From Bacteroidales bacterium (GTDB lineage Bacteria > Bacteroidota > Bacteroidia > Bacteroidales > P3), in NCBI GenBank assembly GCA_004551865.1, contig SFPR01000002.1:874-64873 (forward strand): 64,000 nucleotides of DNA, in the 5' to 3' direction. Of the stretch, positions 28,734-37,072 are shown one piece after another (positions within the stretch are counted from its first letter, which is position 1; each line of letters starts with the position of its first letter). Under the pieces are notes generated by a model. It worked only from the letters and a program-made list of their open reading frames with translations. It was not told the DNA's origin and searched no databases. A program made the translations under genes and the position numbers.

Positions 28734-29741
28734 TTACCTCCTTCTGATGTAGTATAACGGATATAAGCCCCTGAAATCGCCTTGTTTGCCGAAGATTGAG
28801 ACCATTGGGGCAAAGTAATTGGTGTTTTTGATGAAGTTAAGGTTCTCTTTGTCGAAGTACCACTCCTCTCCAAATCTGAAATGGTCGATATTGTCGCTTG
28901 TATATGAGGATTTTATGACTGTATCTCGCTCAGACACATTGCCATATTGGTCGGTCGATACAAGGGTTTCCAAAACATCGAACTGCTTTCGCTTGAGAAT
29001 TTCGGGCTTTATGAACTCCTCGCTTGACGAAGGGGCTTCATAAACCTTTATATGTCCGTTTTCGGCTCTGTCGATAAGGCTTTCCAAAAACGGAACGGAG
29101 TATTCTGCCTCCAAATGTGAGTCCCACCAATGGTAAGGTTGAGAATTGTATATAGGAATGGTGAACTCTATGTTCCTTGCCACGACAACGGTGTCTTTAT
29201 AGAGAACTTCTCCCTTTGGTCTGACCCAACCGAGTTCGTATCTGAAAAGCGGCTTTATCTTCAACTCGTCTTGCTCAAAAGCAATGGTGTCTCTGATTAT
29301 CACGGGGTTGAATGCCAAAACCCTTTTGGCGATAAGCATATTGTTTTCGTCGTAATGCCATTGTTCCTCAAACCTTACGGCTCTTATCTGCTCCTCAATG
29401 ATTTTCTGGACTTCCTGCGGTGTGTGCGTTTTGCCGTATTGCTTGTTCAAGGCGAGAGTTAGTGAACTCATAACGCTGTCATACACAATGCTGTCGCCCT
29501 TAAAAGTGGTAAAGAAGAGCTTTTTGTTCTTTGCCAAGGCGTTCACACGGTCTATCGTCTGCCACCAAAAACGCTTATCGACCAAATAATCATACACAAT
29601 GGAGTCTTTGGTTTCGGAAGATGCAATTCTGCCCTGCATAATCGGGACTTCGTACACAATTTTCATTGTCAGCAGCCTCTCTTGCGAGTAAAGAAAAGTC
29701 GCAAACAGCACAGCCGACACAAAAAACAACAATCTTTTCAT
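28734..29741 (-). CDS. hypothetical secreted protein, paralog of the previous gene (possibly GldN/PorN-like)
   Basis: The ATG at 29741 gives MKRLLFFVSAVLFATFLYSQ and removes the overlap with aroA. Motifs VRFEEQWHYDENNMLIAKRVLAFNPV and FRFGEEWYFDKENLNFIKNTNYFAPM. Confidence 0.55.
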   Translation of the reverse strand: MKRLLFFVSAVLFATFLYSQERLLTMKIVYEVPIMQGRIASSETKDSIVYDYLVDKRFWWQTIDRVNALAKNKKLFFTTFKGDSIVYDSVMSSLTLALNKQYGKTHTPQEVQKIIEEQIRAVRFEEQWHYDENNMLIAKRVLAFNPVIIRDTIAFEQDELKIKPLFRYELGWVRPKGEVLYKDTVVVARNIEFTIPIYNSQPYHWWDSHLEAEYSVPFLESLIDRAENGHIKVYEAPSSSEEFIKPEILKRKQFDVLETLVSTDQYGNVSERDTVIKSSYTSDNIDHFRFGEEWYFDKENLNFIKNTNYFAPMVSIFGKQGDFRGLYPLYYIRRR

Positions 29742-29763
29742 CTGAATTTTTGTTTTGCTTGTG

Positions 29764-29771
29764 CAAAGGTA
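29764..29771 (-). promoter_or_regulatory. -7 box TACCTTTG (minus strand) between aroA and the paralog pair
   Basis: CAAAGGTA on the plus strand, 23 nt upstream of the ATG at 29741. Confidence 0.45.
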
Positions 29772-29797
29772 GCTTTTATTTTGGTTTTTACGGACTT

Positions 29798-31129
29798 TCA
29801 GGAGAGCGAAAGGTAGAAAAACTTTGACAATTCTTCCCAATAGTTTGGAAAAGACTTCTCTACACAGTCGGGATTTTTGATGATAACTTTTTCATAGACC
29901 GAAGCGAAAAGAGACATTGCCATTGCAAATCGGTGATCGTTGTAACTATCTGTTTCCAAGACCTTTTTGTTGTCAAATAAAGAGGTTTCATACTCATAAA
30001 TCGCCAACGAAGAAGCATCGGAGTGCAATTTGAAACCAATTTTCTTCAACTCTGCAACAATGTTTCCCAAGCGGTCGGATTCTTTGTGGACAAGAGTATC
30101 AAGACCCTTGTATTCAAATGGTTGCCTCAAACAAATAGCCGTTACGACAAGCGGAAGAAACAAATCGGGGCAGGATTTGAAATCTATTGTTGCCACATTG
30201 TTGTTCTCTCTGCTTGCTTTTGAGTAAGAAAGCAAAGCATAATTGTCTGCAAACAAAGTCTTTACTCCGAAAAACTGCTCAAAAAACACCCTTACGACGG
30301 CATCTCCCTGCAATGATTTGGCTCTCAGACCTTTTATTTTGAGCGAAGGGAGCTTCAAAAGTGCCACAAGAGCATAGGCAAAGGCTGCCGCCGACCAGTC
30401 GGCTTCCACTTCAAAGTCTTTGAACTTGTATCCTACAGGGCTAATTTGCAGATTGTTATCCGACAAGCTCATTTCTGCTTCGCAATCTCTCATAAGAGAA
30501 AGCGTCATATCAATATACGGCTTTGAAACTTGGGCATCTGACAAACTGATACTCAGACCTTTTTGAGTATATGGAGCAATCATTGCCAAAGCACTTACAA
30601 ACTGGCTGCTGTAATTTGCCGGCAGAGTGATACAATCTCCTCCCGAAAGAGGTTTACCACTGATTTTCAGAGGGAAAATACGTCCCGAACCTGCAATTTC
30701 AATATCTGCACCCAAGCGTTTCAAAACATCTGTCAGAGGCATGAGCGGTCGATGTTCCATTCTCTCGTCCGCCCTTATCAACCACTTGCCGTAAGTGATT
30801 GAAAGCAAGGCTATAAGAAAGCGACAAGTCGTTCCTGCATTTTTACAGTCAAGTTCGACAAAACTATCTCGCCTGATGCTTGAAACCATTCGCCGTTTTG
30901 TCGGAATAAAACGGCGTTTTGTCAAAATAATCCGCCGTTTTATTTCAGCCAAATGGCGTTTTAGCAAGAGGGTATCGTCAGACGATGACAAATTGCTTAT
31001 TTTCAGCTCACTGTCTGCAAGAAAACGAATGATGAGAAGGCGATTGGAAATACTCTTTGAGCTTGGCAGTGAAAAAGAAAAGTCATCTTGCGGTTTTCGT
31101 CTGCCGATTGTTGCAAACAAATGCGTCAT
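29798..31129 (-). CDS. aroA: 3-phosphoshikimate 1-carboxyvinyltransferase (EPSP synthase) carrying an in-frame repeat-derived insertion
   Basis: 443 aa. LPSSKSISNRLLII, SSSDDT, KNAGTTCRF and ...ESDRLGNIV..., NDHRFAMA motifs. An extra basic segment, EIKRRIILTKRRFIPTKRRMVS, lies between the DDT and NAGT motifs. Confidence 0.85.
   Translation of the reverse strand: MTHLFATIGRRKPQDDFSFSLPSSKSISNRLLIIRFLADSELKISNLSSSDDTLLLKRHLAEIKRRIILTKRRFIPTKRRMVSSIRRDSFVELDCKNAGTTCRFLIALLSITYGKWLIRADERMEHRPLMPLTDVLKRLGADIEIAGSGRIFPLKISGKPLSGGDCITLPANYSSQFVSALAMIAPYTQKGLSISLSDAQVSKPYIDMTLSLMRDCEAEMSLSDNNLQISPVGYKFKDFEVEADWSAAAFAYALVALLKLPSLKIKGLRAKSLQGDAVVRVFFEQFFGVKTLFADNYALLSYSKASRENNNVATIDFKSCPDLFLPLVVTAICLRQPFEYKGLDTLVHKESDRLGNIVAELKKIGFKLHSDASSLAIYEYETSLFDNKKVLETDSYNDHRFAMAMSLFASVYEKVIIKNPDCVEKSFPNYWEELSKFFYLSLS
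30885..30965. repeat. GCCGTTTT/AAAACGGC hairpin-type repeat embedded in the aroA coding sequence
   Basis: CGCCGTTTTGTCGGAATAAAACGGCGTTTTGTCAAAATAATCCGCCGTTTTATTTCAGCCAAATGGCGTTTT. It shares the 17-mer CGTTTTGTCGGAATAAA with the intergenic repeat at 61684. Confidence 0.8.
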
Positions 31130-32310
31130 TTCTTTTTGTTGAGGTCGTAATCTATCATTTTGCGATAGAGAGTTCTCTCCGAAAATCCGAGTTCCTTTGC
31201 GGCTGCACTTCGTTTGCCTCCATTTCTTTCGAGGGCTGCAATGATAGCTTGCTTTTCCAAGTCTCTCAGATTGACGGTTTCGGTTTTCTTTGTGTGTTCT
31301 TCGGGATAGTCTATGACCATTTCGTTTTCCGTTTCAGCCAAAGGAGCAGCCAAAAGATGCGACTGAGTTGAAGAATTGAACATATTGATAATCACAGACT
31401 TCAATTTGACAACCTCAGCCTTCAAGTCTTCAATGTCTTTCTTGTTTTGCAAAACTATATTGACTATGTCGTCATTCTCACTGCAAGCACTCTCGTTTTG
31501 AACCACTATCGGAAGACGCTCCATTGGCGGAATGTAGATTTTTAACCTCTCTGCGTCTATCTCTCTGTTCATTTCAAGCAGGGAAATACGCTCTGCAATG
31601 TTTTTAAGCTCTCTGACATTTCCACGCCATGGGTAACCTTTCAAATAGTTTACCGCTTCGGGTGAGAGACTTATCCTCGGGATGTTGTATTTCTCGGCAA
31701 GTTCGCCGCAAAAATACCGAAACAACAAAGGAATGTCCTCTTGTCGGTCTCTCAAAGAAGGAACGGTTATGTTGATTTGGTTTAGTCGGTAATACAAATC
31801 GCTTCTGAACCTGCCTTGTTCAACAGCTTTCAGAAGGTTTACGTTTGTTGCGGCAACAATTCGCACATCGACCTTTACGGCTGTTGAAGCTCCCACAGGC
31901 AGAAACTCTCCGTTTTCGATAACTCGAAGAAGTTTTGCCTGCATTGTGTAAGGCAGTTCGCCAACTTCGTCAAGAAAAATAGTGCCATTGTCTGCCTCTG
32001 CAAAATATCCTCGTCTGTCTCTCTCGGCTCCCGTAAACGAACCTTTGACATGTCCGAACAATTCGCTCTCTATTGTTCCCTCGGGAATAGCTGCACAGTT
32101 TACCGCAATATATTTCTTTTGTTTTCTATTGCTGTACTGATGTATTATGCGGGAAAACACATCTTTTCCCGCACCACTTTCTCCCACAATCAGAACACTT
32201 GCATCGGTCTTTGCAACTCTTATTGCAATGTCGATAGCTCGGTTCAAAAGAGGACTGTTTCCAAATATTCTGAATTGTTTCTTGACTTTTTGTACGTCTG
32301 TTTCGGACAT
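31126..32310 (-). CDS. sigma-54-dependent transcriptional activator (AAA+ plus Fis-type HTH, no receiver domain)
   Basis: 394 aa. Walker A GESGAGKD, GSFTGA (GAFTGA variant), Walker B IFLDEVGELP, and C-terminal HTH AAKELGFSERTLYRKM. Confidence 0.85.
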   Translation of the reverse strand: MSETDVQKVKKQFRIFGNSPLLNRAIDIAIRVAKTDASVLIVGESGAGKDVFSRIIHQYSNRKQKKYIAVNCAAIPEGTIESELFGHVKGSFTGAERDRRGYFAEADNGTIFLDEVGELPYTMQAKLLRVIENGEFLPVGASTAVKVDVRIVAATNVNLLKAVEQGRFRSDLYYRLNQINITVPSLRDRQEDIPLLFRYFCGELAEKYNIPRISLSPEAVNYLKGYPWRGNVRELKNIAERISLLEMNREIDAERLKIYIPPMERLPIVVQNESACSENDDIVNIVLQNKKDIEDLKAEVVKLKSVIINMFNSSTQSHLLAAPLAETENEMVIDYPEEHTKKTETVNLRDLEKQAIIAALERNGGKRSAAAKELGFSERTLYRKMIDYDLNKKK

Positions 32311-32348
32311 TTCACAAACCGATTTATGGATTTGCCGACAAAAAACGC

Positions 32349-33041
32349 TTAGAAATTAAATCCTATATAAAGTTTGAAAGTATTCATTCCCAAGTCTGCT
32401 CTGTCTTGTAGGGCAGGTGTTTGTGTAAAATCGGGAATAATGTCTTTGTTGTAGTCAAGATTTGCTTTGCCGAAGAGAAATTCTCCTCCGAAAGAGAACC
32501 ATTGATATTTCAACTCCAAGTTAATCGAAAATCTGTTTGAGAAAGCAAAGCAACCTGCGGTCTCTTCCTTGAGGTGCAATTTTGTTCTGCCCAAAGTTCT
32601 TGTGCCGAACACCAAAGTAGGGCAGTACTTTGCCGATGCTGCAACGCACAATCCGTCAATCAATTCCATTTGAACAGCCAAACCAATCTTTGGTCCTGCT
32701 GTCATCAAAAAACCGTCTTGCGTCTTGTAGTTGTGCAAACTGTCGGCAATAGGGCTTGCTTCATAACTGTAATCGTAGGTTTTGCCCGAATTAAATCCTA
32801 CTTCCATAAAGGTAACATCTATTCCGGGAGTGAAAAGGTCGCCCATTACTACATCAAAATAGAATGTATGACCATATTCGACACCGAATCCTTGCGAGTA
32901 AAAGTCGCTATATTGTCCTATCGGATTGATATATTGTCCTCTTACATAGTTTGCTCCCACGTTTTGTGCAAAAGAGCCATACGAAACGAACAACGCAATC
33001 GGTAAAATTGCCAACTTAAAAAATGATTGTAATCTTTTCAT
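32349..33041 (-). CDS. small outer-membrane beta-barrel protein
   Basis: The ATG at 33041 gives signal peptide MKRLQSFFKLAILPIALFVSYGSFAQ. Alternating strands end with an aromatic C-terminus, ...FKLYIGFNF. Confidence 0.6.
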   Translation of the reverse strand: MKRLQSFFKLAILPIALFVSYGSFAQNVGANYVRGQYINPIGQYSDFYSQGFGVEYGHTFYFDVVMGDLFTPGIDVTFMEVGFNSGKTYDYSYEASPIADSLHNYKTQDGFLMTAGPKIGLAVQMELIDGLCVAASAKYCPTLVFGTRTLGRTKLHLKEETAGCFAFSNRFSINLELKYQWFSFGGEFLFGKANLDYNKDIIPDFTQTPALQDRADLGMNTFKLYIGFNF

Positions 33042-33069
33042 GCTATGATTGTTTAATTGGTTATTCAAA

Positions 33070-33567
33070 CTAAAAAGGTAAATCGCCAAGTTTCTCTATT
33101 TCGGTGTCTTCGCTCAACAATTTGGAAAGATTAGAGTTTGACTTGTTTTCCAAATTTGAGAAAGTGTCGGCAATAATTTCCTCATATACTTGGTCGGAAT
33201 TTGGATTTTCTGTTTCATTTGAGCTAATGGAGGTATTGTATTGACGAGTCAATATCTCAAAGTTGTCCGCAATTATCTCCACAACCCTACGTCTGTACCC
33301 TTCCTTGTCCTCTCTCACTCTTGAACGTATCTTTCCTTCAACATAAATCTGCATTCCTTTTTTCAAGAAGCGTTCTGCAATTTCGGCAAGCCCTCTCCAA
33401 CAAACTATATTGTGCCATTCGGTTTCCTCAACCTTGGAACCGTCTTTTGCTTTGTGAACTTCTGTGGTTGCAAGCGAGAAAGTGGCTTTCTTCACACTGT
33501 CGAAAGAAACGACTTCGGGGTCTCTGCCCAAATTACCTATCAATATCACCTTATTTACTCCCACCAT
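33070..33567 (-). CDS. ssb: single-stranded DNA-binding protein
   Basis: The N-terminal OB fold starts MVGVNKVILIGNLGRDPEV and includes TEWHNIVCW. Acidic tail ends ...LGDLPF. Confidence 0.9.
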   Translation of the reverse strand: MVGVNKVILIGNLGRDPEVVSFDSVKKATFSLATTEVHKAKDGSKVEETEWHNIVCWRGLAEIAERFLKKGMQIYVEGKIRSRVREDKEGYRRRVVEIIADNFEILTRQYNTSISSNETENPNSDQVYEEIIADTFSNLENKSNSNLSKLLSEDTEIEKLGDLPF

Positions 33568-33597
33568 AAAAACACTCTATTGCGATTTAACAACTTG

Positions 33598-33605
33598 CAA
33601 AGGTA
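33598..33605 (-). promoter_or_regulatory. -7 box TACCTTTG (minus strand) upstream of ssb
   Basis: CAAAGGTA on the plus strand, 31 nt upstream of the ATG at 33567. Confidence 0.5.
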
Positions 33606-33693
33606 CAACAAAAAAAGCTAAATGGGCGAAACAATATGTCGTTTTGTCGTTTCGCCACAACTAACAAGCTGCCCGATAGACCTATTCTTCTGC

Positions 33694-34359
33694 TTATTCT
33701 TCTTCTCTTGGCTGAATGATTACGCCCCACTCTCTTTTTGTGGCTGTCTTTCCGACCAATTTGATGTGTTCTATGGCATATCGCTCGCATGGATGTATGC
33801 CTATCACATCTACAACGCCGTCACAAACTTTCAAAACCACCTTATTCATGTTGTAACCATTCTTTCGTTTCCACTGATGGGTAAACATTTCGTGTGGTTC
33901 GCTTACTTTGTAGTTCGGACAGTCATATTCGTGAACCAAGACGCAGAACAACTCTTTCCATTTGGTGTCTTTGTAGGTCCAAATGCGAAAATAGTTGAGA
34001 TTTGAGAAATCTCTGTTTACCGTCATGAAAGATATTTCATCTCCTCCGTCTCCGTCCAAATCTCCTTCGTTAATAAGGAAATACACACCGAGGTCTCCGT
34101 CCAATCGAAGGGGCGTAAGCTCATCGTTATCAGAGAAAAGAGTTGTGGCACTCTCATAAAGATTTTCCGAAAAGCCGTCTCCGTCAAAGTCTCCCCTGAT
34201 ACTGAAACGTGAAGCGTCCGTTTTGTTCCACTTCCATTGCGAAGGGTCTCTTTGATCTATGATTACATCTGTCCAAGGCTTCAATTCTTCGCTTTGAGCA
34301 AGCAAGACAACATCGCAAAGCCCAACAAGGGCAACTATAAAACACAATCCTTTTTTCAT
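33694..34359 (-). CDS. hypothetical secreted protein with FG-GAP/VCBS-like Asp-Gly motifs
   Basis: Signal peptide MKKGLCFIVALVGLCDVVLLAQ, with GDFDGDGFSE and GDLDGDGGDE calcium-binding-like motifs. Confidence 0.55.
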   Translation of the reverse strand: MKKGLCFIVALVGLCDVVLLAQSEELKPWTDVIIDQRDPSQWKWNKTDASRFSIRGDFDGDGFSENLYESATTLFSDNDELTPLRLDGDLGVYFLINEGDLDGDGGDEISFMTVNRDFSNLNYFRIWTYKDTKWKELFCVLVHEYDCPNYKVSEPHEMFTHQWKRKNGYNMNKVVLKVCDGVVDVIGIHPCERYAIEHIKLVGKTATKREWGVIIQPREEE

Positions 34360-34376
34360 ATATTCTTCATCAGATT

Positions 34377-36251
34377 TTAATCAATATCCTCATAACGCAG
34401 GTTTTGTATGATATATTCTTGTCTTTCGGGAGAATTGGAACCCATAAAGAAGGACAACACTTCTCCTACCGACGATTCTTTGTTGAGAATTATGGGGTCT
34501 AACCTTATATCTTTGCCGATAAAATAGCGAAATTCGTCAGAAGAAATCTCTCCAAGTCCCTTAAAACGAGTTATTTCGACGTTTCCTCTCAATTTTTCGG
34601 CAGCTTCATCTCTTTCTTTCTCGTTATAGCAATAGAGTGTTTGCTTTTTGTTTCTCACTCTGAAAAGAGGGGTTTGCAAAATATAGACATGACCTGCCTT
34701 TACCAAGTCGGGAAAGAACCTGAGGAAGAAAGTCATAAGCAACATACGGATATGCATTCCATCGACGTCGGCATCGGTTGCTATAACCACATTGTTGTAT
34801 CTCAAATTGTCCATATCCTCGTCTATGTTCAAGGCATTGTGCAACAAGTTCAGCTCTTCATTGCGATAAACAAACTCTTTGCTCTTGCCGTATGAGTTTT
34901 CGGGCTTTCCCCTTAACGAAAACACAGCCTGAGTATTGACATCTCTGCTCTTTGTTATCGAACCCGAAGCCGAATCTCCCTCGGTAATGAAGAGAGTGGA
35001 CTCAAGACGACGAGGGTCTTTGCTGTTGTAATGAACTCTGCAATCTCTCAATTTCTTGTTCGTAAGGCTTACTTTCTTGGCACTTTCTTTTGCCAATTTG
35101 CGAATGCTTTGCATTCCCTTACGTTCTTTTTCGTTGCGAACAACTTTTTGCAATATCGCATCGGCTGCCTCAGAATTGATATGAAGATAGTCGTCCAATG
35201 TTCGGCGAACAATATCTGCAATATAGGTTTTTACTGCCACTCCGCTGCCGTCGGGTTGCATATTGGTAGAACCGAGCTTCGTTTTGGTTTGAGACTCAAA
35301 TACCGGCTCTTTTATTCGTAAGCTGATTGCGGCAACAAGTCCTTGTCTTATGTCTGAGGGTTCGTAGTCTTTTTTGTAAAACTCTTTGAGTACTTTCACC
35401 AAGGCTTCTCTAAATCCTGCAAGGTGTGTTCCTCCCTGAGTGGTATTCTGACCATTTACAAAGGAGTAATGCTCTTCTGTATAGACCTTGTCGGAATGTG
35501 TGAAGGCAAATTCAAAGTTTTCTTCGCTCAGGTGGATTATCGGATAGAGACTGTCGGCTTCGTTCATGCTGCTTAGCAACAAGTCCTTCAAACCATTTTT
35601 GGAGTAAAACTTCTTTCCGTTGTACTTTATGGTCAGTCCCTTGTTCAAGCAGACGTATCTCCATATCATTTTGGTGATATAGTCGTCAATGAAGGCGTAC
35701 TTGCCAAATATTCTCGGGTCGTTGTCGGGTATAAACTCCACACAAGTTCCGTTTTCCAAGTCTGTGGGTTGCAAAGGGTTGTCTTTGATGATTTGTCCTT
35801 TCTGAAATTCTGCTATTTTGGTTTGTCCGTCTCTTATCGACTGCACTTTGAAATATGAAGAAAGGGCATTCACGGCTTTTGTTCCCACTCCGTTCATTCC
35901 GACCGACTTTTGAAATACCTCAGAGTCGTACTTTGCTCCCGTATTCATTTTGGAAACACAATCGACAACCTTTGAGAGCGGAATACCTCGCCCATAATCT
36001 CTGATGCGGACGCGTTTGGTGTCAAAATCTACATCAACCTCTATAACCTTTCCGCAACCCATCGTAAATTCATCAATGGAATTGTCAATCACTTCCTTGA
36101 TTAACACATACACACCATCGTCTGCCGAAGCTCCGTCGCCCAATTTGCCTATGTACATACCGGGACGAAGACGAATATGCTCCGACCAGTCCAACGATTT
36201 GATGTTATCTTCGGTATAATCTGTCCTGTTGTTTTGTTCTTCCATGGTCAT
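34377..36251 (-). CDS. parE: DNA topoisomerase IV subunit B (GyrB/ParE family)
   Basis: [15 protein letters not shown] ATPase motifs, and Toprim ([11 protein letters not shown] and [11 protein letters not shown]). I chose the ATG at 36251 (alternative 36245) because the -7 box at 36259-36266 lies inside the longer ORF. Confidence 0.88.
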   Translation of the reverse strand: MTMEEQNNRTDYTEDNIKSLDWSEHIRLRPGMYIGKLGDGASADDGVYVLIKEVIDNSIDEFTMGCGKVIEVDVDFDTKRVRIRDYGRGIPLSKVVDCVSKMNTGAKYDSEVFQKSVGMNGVGTKAVNALSSYFKVQSIRDGQTKIAEFQKGQIIKDNPLQPTDLENGTCVEFIPDNDPRIFGKYAFIDDYITKMIWRYVCLNKGLTIKYNGKKFYSKNGLKDLLLSSMNEADSLYPIIHLSEENFEFAFTHSDKVYTEEHYSFVNGQNTTQGGTHLAGFREALVKVLKEFYKKDYEPSDIRQGLVAAISLRIKEPVFESQTKTKLGSTNMQPDGSGVAVKTYIADIVRRTLDDYLHINSEAADAILQKVVRNEKERKGMQSIRKLAKESAKKVSLTNKKLRDCRVHYNSKDPRRLESTLFITEGDSASGSITKSRDVNTQAVFSLRGKPENSYGKSKEFVYRNEELNLLHNALNIDEDMDNLRYNNVVIATDADVDGMHIRMLLMTFFLRFFPDLVKAGHVYILQTPLFRVRNKKQTLYCYNEKERDEAAEKLRGNVEITRFKGLGEISSDEFRYFIGKDIRLDPIILNKESSVGEVLSFFMGSNSPERQEYIIQNLRYEDID

Positions 36252-36258
36252 GAGATTG

Positions 36259-36266
36259 CAAATGTA
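36259..36266 (-). promoter_or_regulatory. -7 box TACATTTG (minus strand) immediately upstream of parE
   Basis: CAAATGTA on the plus strand, only 8-14 nt from the candidate ATGs. This implies a very short leader if the box is real. Confidence 0.35.
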
Positions 36267-36291
36267 CAAAAAAAATCAAAACCATCAGAAC

Positions 36292-36678
36292 TCATTCGGC
36301 AGAACCGAACATCGATTGTCTTATCTTGGCAAATTTCTCCATTTGTTTGTCGGAATAGAATAGTTTTTTGTCGATTGATTTGAGAAACAGCAGGTCTTTC
36401 ACATTTCTTTCTTCTCTGTTGCAAGCCACAACGCCCGAAGACACAAGGTTTTTGTCCTTGTCGAGCATCGCATAGCACAAAACACCTTCGCTGTTTGCCA
36501 AAAGCGTATAACCATCGGAACTTTCGCACCACGAAACCACCTCATCGCCCTTCAATATATAGGTAAGCACTCTTCCGTCGGGCTGAGTTATCGTTATCGG
36601 TGTTTGCTTTGCAGGCACGGCAAGAAGACTCTCGAAAGCAAACAAAGTAAATATCAAAATCAAAACAATTTTCCGCAT
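36292..36678 (-). CDS. 128-aa secreted protein resembling the N-terminal module of larger Bacteroidales secreted proteases
   Basis: The ATG at 36678 gives MRKIVLILIFTLFAFESLLAVPA, then TQPDGRVLTYILKGDEVVSWCESSDGYTLL. It has its own -7 box at 36711. Confidence 0.45.
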   Translation of the reverse strand: MRKIVLILIFTLFAFESLLAVPAKQTPITITQPDGRVLTYILKGDEVVSWCESSDGYTLLANSEGVLCYAMLDKDKNLVSSGVVACNREERNVKDLLFLKSIDKKLFYSDKQMEKFAKIRQSMFGSAE

Positions 36679-36710
36679 ATACTTTCCTTGTTTGAATATC
36701 ATTCAAGTTG

Positions 36711-36718
36711 CAAATTTA
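36711..36718 (-). promoter_or_regulatory. -7 box TAAATTTG (minus strand)
   Basis: CAAATTTA on the plus strand, 33 nt upstream of the ATG at 36678. Confidence 0.45.
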
Positions 36719-36795
36719 CTCAAAACTTGCTTGCAATCGGCAAAAAGAAACACCGATTTGTTGCGACAAAACCAAGTTTTAGGCAACATTTTCCC

Positions 36796-36908
36796 GATTA
36801 CCAAAAATTTTTTCTTGTTGATAATCGGATTATCAAGGCGTGATAATGGTATTATCATGGGAAGATAATCAGATTATCACGCCGTGATAATGGTATTACC
36901 ACGCCTTG
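36796..36908. repeat. palindrome array 3: half-site plus A/T tract, then four 7-3-7 dyads nested in a larger inverted repeat
   Basis: Units at 36819-36835 (TGATAATCGGATTATCA), 36841-36857 (TGATAATGGTATTATCA), 36863-36879 (AGATAATCAGATTATCA) and 36885-36901 (TGATAATGGTATTACCA). The flanks CAAGGCG...CGCCTTG are themselves inverted. Confidence 0.9.
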
Positions 36909-37042
36909 AAGTAAGTTGAAAATCCTTTTTTTACGGTCTTCAAACTTGGAATGTTTTCGGCAATACACCACAATGCTGCGATATATGGCTGTTTTGGAAA
37001 ATTCAATCAATGTTTTGCGAAAACATAATCGTGAATTTTCGC

Positions 37043-37050
37043 TAATTTTG
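37043..37050 (+). promoter_or_regulatory. -7 box TAATTTTG upstream of the EamA transporter gene
   Basis: Exact TAnnTTTG, 23 nt upstream of the ATG at 37073. Confidence 0.5.
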
Positions 37051-37072
37051 CAGTCTGAAAAAATTGGTTTTT

